A DNA stretch of 64,000 nt from Nitrospinota bacterium (GTDB lineage: Bacteria > UBA8248): contig JASLZZ010000079.1 of assembly GCA_030754595.1 (NCBI GenBank), positions 1 through 64,000 on the forward strand, read 5' to 3'. The position numbers and the translations under genes are program-made. A model generated the notes under the pieces. The model saw only the letters and a program-made list of their open reading frames with translations. It made no database searches and was not told where the DNA came from. Below are positions 59,951-64,000 of this stretch, one piece after another. How positions within the stretch are numbered: position 1 is the first letter of the stretch; every line of letters starts with the position of its first letter.

Positions 59951-62836
59951 CTAGGCGTAGCTCTCCAGCGGCTGACAGGAGCAGATCAGGTTCTTGTCCC
60001 CATAAGGGTTATCGATTCGCTTGACGGGGGGCCAATATTTATTCCGGGCGACCCAAGGAAGCGGGAAGACGCCTTTTTCCCTGGAATAGGGGTGGGTCCA
60101 GTCCTCCCGGGCGATATCGCCCATCGTGTGAGGTGCATTTTTCAGGACGTTGTCTTCCCTTCCGGCCCGCCCCTGTTCGATTTCGCGGATCTCCTCGCGG
60201 ATGGCGAGCATCGCGTCGCAAAACCGATCCAACTCCTCCTTGGATTCGCTCTCGGTGGGCTCGATCATGAGCGTCCCCGCCACCGGAAACGACATGGTCG
60301 GCGCGTGGAATCCGAAGTCCATGAGCCGTTTGGCCACATCCTCGGCGGAAACGCCGGTTCCCTCCTTGAAGGGCCTGAGATCGATGATGCACTCGTGGGC
60401 CACCATCCCGTTCCGGCCCGTGTAGAGCACCTCGTAGTGGGCCTGGAGGCGGCGGGTGATGTAGTTGGCGCTGAGGATCGCCACCTGGGTCGCCTCGATG
60501 AGTCCCTTGGCCCCCATCATCGAAATATAGCACCACGAAATCGGGAGCACGCCGGCGTTTCCCCAGGGAGCGGCCGAGACGGCGCTAACGCCGGTCTCGG
60601 GGCCCGCGCCGGGGACGACCGAGTGGGCCGGCAGGAAGGGCGCGAGTTGACTCGCCACGCAGATCGGGCCCGCGCCGGGGCCGCCTCCGCCGTGCGGGAT
60701 CGAGAAGGTTTTATGCAGGTTAATGTGGATAACGTCGGGGCCGAACTCGCCCGGCCGGCAGATGCCCACCAGGGCGTTGAGGTTGGCCCCGTCCATGTAA
60801 ACCTGCCCGCCGCTCTCGTGGATAACGCCGCAGATCTCCGAGACAGCCTCCTCGAAGACGCCGTGGGTCGAGGGGTAGGTGATCATCAGCGAGGCGAGGT
60901 TGGCGGAGTGCTCGGCGGCCTTCGCCCCCAGATTGGCGAGATCGACGTTGCCGTCCTTGTCGCAGGCGACGACGACGACCTTCCAGCCGAGCATCGAGGC
61001 GCTTGCCGGATTCGTTCCGTGGGCCGAACTGGGGATCAGGCAGATGTTCCGGTGTCCCTCGCCCCGGCTCTCGTGATACTTGCGAATCGTGAGCAGGCCC
61101 GTGTACTCGCCCTGGGCGCCCGAGTTGGGCTGGAGCGAGACGCCCGCGAAGCCGCTGATGTCGGCGAGCATCCCCTTGAGCTCGTCCATCATCAGGCGGT
61201 ATCCCTCGGTTTGACCTTGGGGGGCGAAGGGATGGATGCCGGCGAACTCGGGCCAGCTGACCGGGATCATCTCGGTCGTGGCGTTGAGCTTCATCGTGCA
61301 CGAGCCGAGCGGAATCATCGATCGCGTCAGGGCGATGTCTTTTTCCTGAAGCCGGAATAGATAGCGAAGCATTTCGTGCTCGGGATGATAGGCACTGAAC
61401 ACGGGGTGGGTGAGATACTCCGAGGTCCGCCGGAGGGAGGGCGGTATGCACTCCCCGGCCTCGGCGTCCATTTCGCCGATTCCGAACTCAACCCCCGCGC
61501 CGTCCGCGAAAATCCCCCACAGCGCCTCGACCTCCTCGCGCCGGGTGGTCTCGTCGAGGGAAATTCCCACGCGCTCCTCGTCCACGGGCCGGAGGTTGAT
61601 CAGCCGCTCCTCGGCCCGCTTGATGACGCCGGCGGCCCCGCCCGGCGCCTTTACCGTGATAGTGTCGAAGAAGGCGCCGGTCTCGACCTCGCAGCCGAGC
61701 CGCTCGAACCCGCAGGCCAGCGCCGCCGTCAGGCGATGGACGCGCTCGCCGATTCGCTTGAGCCCCACCGGACCGTGGTAGACGGCATACATGCCCGCCA
61801 TGACGGCGAGGAGGACCTGGGAGGTGCAGATATTGCTCGTCGCCCGCTCCCGGCGGATGTGCTGTTCACGCGTCTGGAGGGCGAGCCGGAGGGAGGGGGC
61901 CCCGGCGGCGTCCACCGAGACTCCCACCAATCGGCCAGGCATCGAACGCTTGTAGCTCTCCCTCGTCGCCAAGTAGGCGGCGTGCGGCCCGCCCAGGCCC
62001 ATGGGCACCCCGAATCGCTGAGTGTTGCCGACAACGACATCCGCACCGAACTCGCCGGGCGGCTTGAGAAGGGTCAGGCTGAGCAGGTCGGCGGCAACGA
62101 TGACGAGCGCGCCCTTCCGGTGGGCTTCTTCGATGAGCGCGGCGTAGTCGTGGACCTCGCCCGAGGAAGCCGGGTACTGGAGCATCAAGGCGAAGGGATC
62201 GCCATCGAAAGGATCATCGAGATGGCTGCCCGCCACGATCTCGATGCCCATCGGCGCGGCTCGGGTGCCCATCACCTCGATCGTCTGCGGGTGGCAATCG
62301 CGGGAGACGAAAAGCCTCGAGCCATCGAGCTTGCTGATCGAATAGCACATCGCCATCGCCTCGGCGGCGGCGGTCGCTTCGTCGAGCAGGGAGGCGTTCG
62401 TCATCTCCATCCCGGTGAGGTCCATCACCATGGTCTGAAAGTTGAGGAGGGCTTCGAGCCGGCCCTGGGATATCTCGGGCTGATAGGGGGTGTAGGCCGT
62501 GTACCAGCCGGGATTCTCGAGAATATTGCGAAGGATGACCGCGGGGGTGTGACAGTCCGAAAAGCCCATGCCGATCATCGATCGGAGCACCCGGTTCCTT
62601 GAGGCGATATTCTTCAGCCGGGCCAGGACCTCTTGCTCCGATCGGCTATCGCCGATGCCGAGCGGCGAGCGCGAAACGATGGCGGCCGGCACCGTCCGTT
62701 CGATGAGTTCATCGAGCGACGAGAGGTCCAACGTCCCGAGCATCTCCCCGATCTCGGTCTCGTCCGGGCCGATGTGCCTTCGGATGAATTCTTCACTGTT
62801 TTCCAGCTCTTCGAGTGCGGCGCGCGGTTCAGCCAT
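59951..62836 (-). CDS. gcvP: Glycine dehydrogenase (single-chain P protein)
   Basis: [28 protein letters not shown]-like [22 protein letters not shown]. Confidence 0.98.
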   Translation of the reverse strand: MAEPRAALEELENSEEFIRRHIGPDETEIGEMLGTLDLSSLDELIERTVPAAIVSRSPLGIGDSRSEQEVLARLKNIASRNRVLRSMIGMGFSDCHTPAVILRNILENPGWYTAYTPYQPEISQGRLEALLNFQTMVMDLTGMEMTNASLLDEATAAAEAMAMCYSISKLDGSRLFVSRDCHPQTIEVMGTRAAPMGIEIVAGSHLDDPFDGDPFALMLQYPASSGEVHDYAALIEEAHRKGALVIVAADLLSLTLLKPPGEFGADVVVGNTQRFGVPMGLGGPHAAYLATRESYKRSMPGRLVGVSVDAAGAPSLRLALQTREQHIRRERATSNICTSQVLLAVMAGMYAVYHGPVGLKRIGERVHRLTAALACGFERLGCEVETGAFFDTITVKAPGGAAGVIKRAEERLINLRPVDEERVGISLDETTRREEVEALWGIFADGAGVEFGIGEMDAEAGECIPPSLRRTSEYLTHPVFSAYHPEHEMLRYLFRLQEKDIALTRSMIPLGSCTMKLNATTEMIPVSWPEFAGIHPFAPQGQTEGYRLMMDELKGMLADISGFAGVSLQPNSGAQGEYTGLLTIRKYHESRGEGHRNICLIPSSAHGTNPASASMLGWKVVVVACDKDGNVDLANLGAKAAEHSANLASLMITYPSTHGVFEEAVSEICGVIHESGGQVYMDGANLNALVGICRPGEFGPDVIHINLHKTFSIPHGGGGPGAGPICVASQLAPFLPAHSVVPGAGPETGVSAVSAAPWGNAGVLPISWCYISMMGAKGLIEATQVAILSANYITRRLQAHYEVLYTGRNGMVAHECIIDLRPFKEGTGVSAEDVAKRLMDFGFHAPTMSFPVAGTLMIEPTESESKEELDRFCDAMLAIREEIREIEQGRAGREDNVLKNAPHTMGDIAREDWTHPYSREKGVFPLPWVARNKYWPPVKRIDNPYGDKNLICSCQPLESYA

Positions 62837-62995
62837 GATTCACCGTCCTTAACTGGGCATGACGAATTTTATCGCGGTTATCCAAGGCCGGGCGAAACGG
62901 GCGAGAGGGAAGCCCCGTGCAACGCGGTGCGGCCGCCGGATTGTGACCCGGGTCCTGTGACCCAGGGCCCGCCGCTTTTCCGTGCTGCGCCTGAA

Positions 62996-63385
62996 TCAAG
63001 CGCTTTCTTCTTCGACGAACACCTTGTACTCGTCGGCTTCGAGCAGCCCGTCCAGCTCCGAGGTGTCGCTCATCTCGATCCGAAGCATCCAGGCGTCCTC
63101 GAACGGATCGCTGTTGACGAGTTCGGGTGCGTCGTTGAGCTCCTCGTTCACTTCGGTCACCGTGCCGGTTACCGGGGCGTAAAGATCCGAAACCGCCTTC
63201 ACCGATTCGACGACGCCGAAGGTGTTGTTCGCCTCCACCTCGACCCCGACTTCAGGAAGCTCGACATAGACCACATCGCCCAGTTCGGACTGCGCGAAAT
63301 CGGTGATCCCGACGATCGCGACGCTTCCCACCACCTTCACCCACTCATGCTCGCGGGAATATTTGAGCCCTAGAGGATATTCCAT
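62996..63385 (-). CDS. gcvH: Glycine cleavage system H protein
   Basis: [24 protein letters not shown] lipoyl-lysine motif. Confidence 0.98.
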   Translation of the reverse strand: MEYPLGLKYSREHEWVKVVGSVAIVGITDFAQSELGDVVYVELPEVGVEVEANNTFGVVESVKAVSDLYAPVTGTVTEVNEELNDAPELVNSDPFEDAWMLRIEMSDTSELDGLLEADEYKVFVEEESA

Positions 63386-63484
63386 TTTCTCCGCTACCTC
63401 CCAAGATAAATGACGGATAGTTTCATGCCCAAGGTTTTTCGGCTCCTGCCATGCAGGCCGGCCCGGACCGTTTCGAGGCCGGCC

Positions 63485-64000
63485 CTACTTTTTCCGGTAA
63501 AAAGGCGTTTTGACGACTCTCGCCGCTAGGCGCTTGCCCCGGATGTCCACCTCGACCTCGCTTCCCACCCCTGCATGGGAAATGGGAACGTAGCCGATGC
63601 CGATGGCTTTGCCAAGCGAGGGGCCCATTGTTCCACTTGTCACGGCGCCGGCCAGCTCCCCGTCCGCTAGAATCGGCGCCCCGTGCCTCGGGATGCCCCG
63701 GTCCAGCATCTCAATCCCGACGAGTTTCCGGGACGGCCCCTCCTCCTTTATCCGGAGTAGGCTCTCGCGCCCGACGAAATCTCCCGCCTTGAACTTCACC
63801 ACCCAGCCAAGACCCGCCTCGAGCGGATTCGTCGTCTCATCGATATCGTTTCCGTAGAGGGCGAATTTCATCTCGGTCCTGAGGGTGTCCCTCGCCCCGA
63901 GGCCGCAGGGGAGCATCCCGAGGCCCGCCCCGGCCGTGAGAAGCGCCTCCCAGACATGGGGGGCATCCTCCTCCGCGAGGTAGAGCTCGAAGCCGTCCTC
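63485..64000 (-). CDS. gcvT: Glycine cleavage system T protein (5'-truncated by window)
   Basis: EDGFELY...GLGARDTLRTE...VTSGT..P...VKTPFY; frame open to 64000. Confidence 0.96.
   Translation of the reverse strand, partial: EDGFELYLAEEDAPHVWEALLTAGAGLGMLPCGLGARDTLRTEMKFALYGNDIDETTNPLEAGLGWVVKFKAGDFVGRESLLRIKEEGPSRKLVGIEMLDRGIPRHGAPILADGELAGAVTSGTMGPSLGKAIGIGYVPISHAGVGSEVEVDIRGKRLAARVVKTPFYRKK

Noticed and set aside
62840..62995. Glycine riboswitch between gcvH and gcvP (14-bp direct repeat tgtgaccc.gg..cc)
   Set aside because: Aptamer consensus segments (GGAGA...CCGAAG...CUCUCAGG) are not seen; such switches normally lie upstream of gcvT, outside this window.

Overview
A GC-rich bacterial chromosome segment made almost entirely of housekeeping genes. 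Every gene I can support lies on the minus strand. In transcription order (right to left): gcvT(partial)-gcvH-gcvP-lipoate ligase, tRNA-Gly, PHP phosphatase, two DUF507 genes, coaE, rho, rpmE-prfA-prmC-murA-hisG-hisD-hisB-hisH-[orphan]-hisA-hisF-hisIE, mutS2-dnaG-rpoD, tRNA-Ile2/Met(CAT), C4 zinc-ribbon gene, RNase HI, RNase P RNA, enoyl-CoA hydratase, ilvA, purH-folC-folP-TauE, panB, a CobS-like gene, the dcw cluster (mraZ to ftsZ, no ddl), pgeF-yggS-proC-yggT-divIVA-DUF167-mtnA, tRNA-Asp, and a small catabolic-looking group (TPP enzyme, luciferase-like monooxygenase, cyclase/KynB-family hydrolase running off the left edge). I found no transposase, integrase, prophage or CRISPR array. The most unusual element is an orphan gene inside the his operon. 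It encodes a twin-arginine/YxxP leader followed by a very Met-rich segment (11 Met in 23 aa) and a C11 homopolymer that decides its C-terminus; it could be a secreted copper-binding peptide or a RiPP precursor. Other oddities: a CobS homologue lacking its conserved acidic motifs, a 26-aa mini-ORF that duplicates the hisA/hisF junction, an L31 with a ~135-aa repeat tail, long structured leaders before rho and mutS2, and a GC dip over pgeF-ftsZ-ftsA-ftsQ. All calls come from manual motif recognition; no database searches were run.
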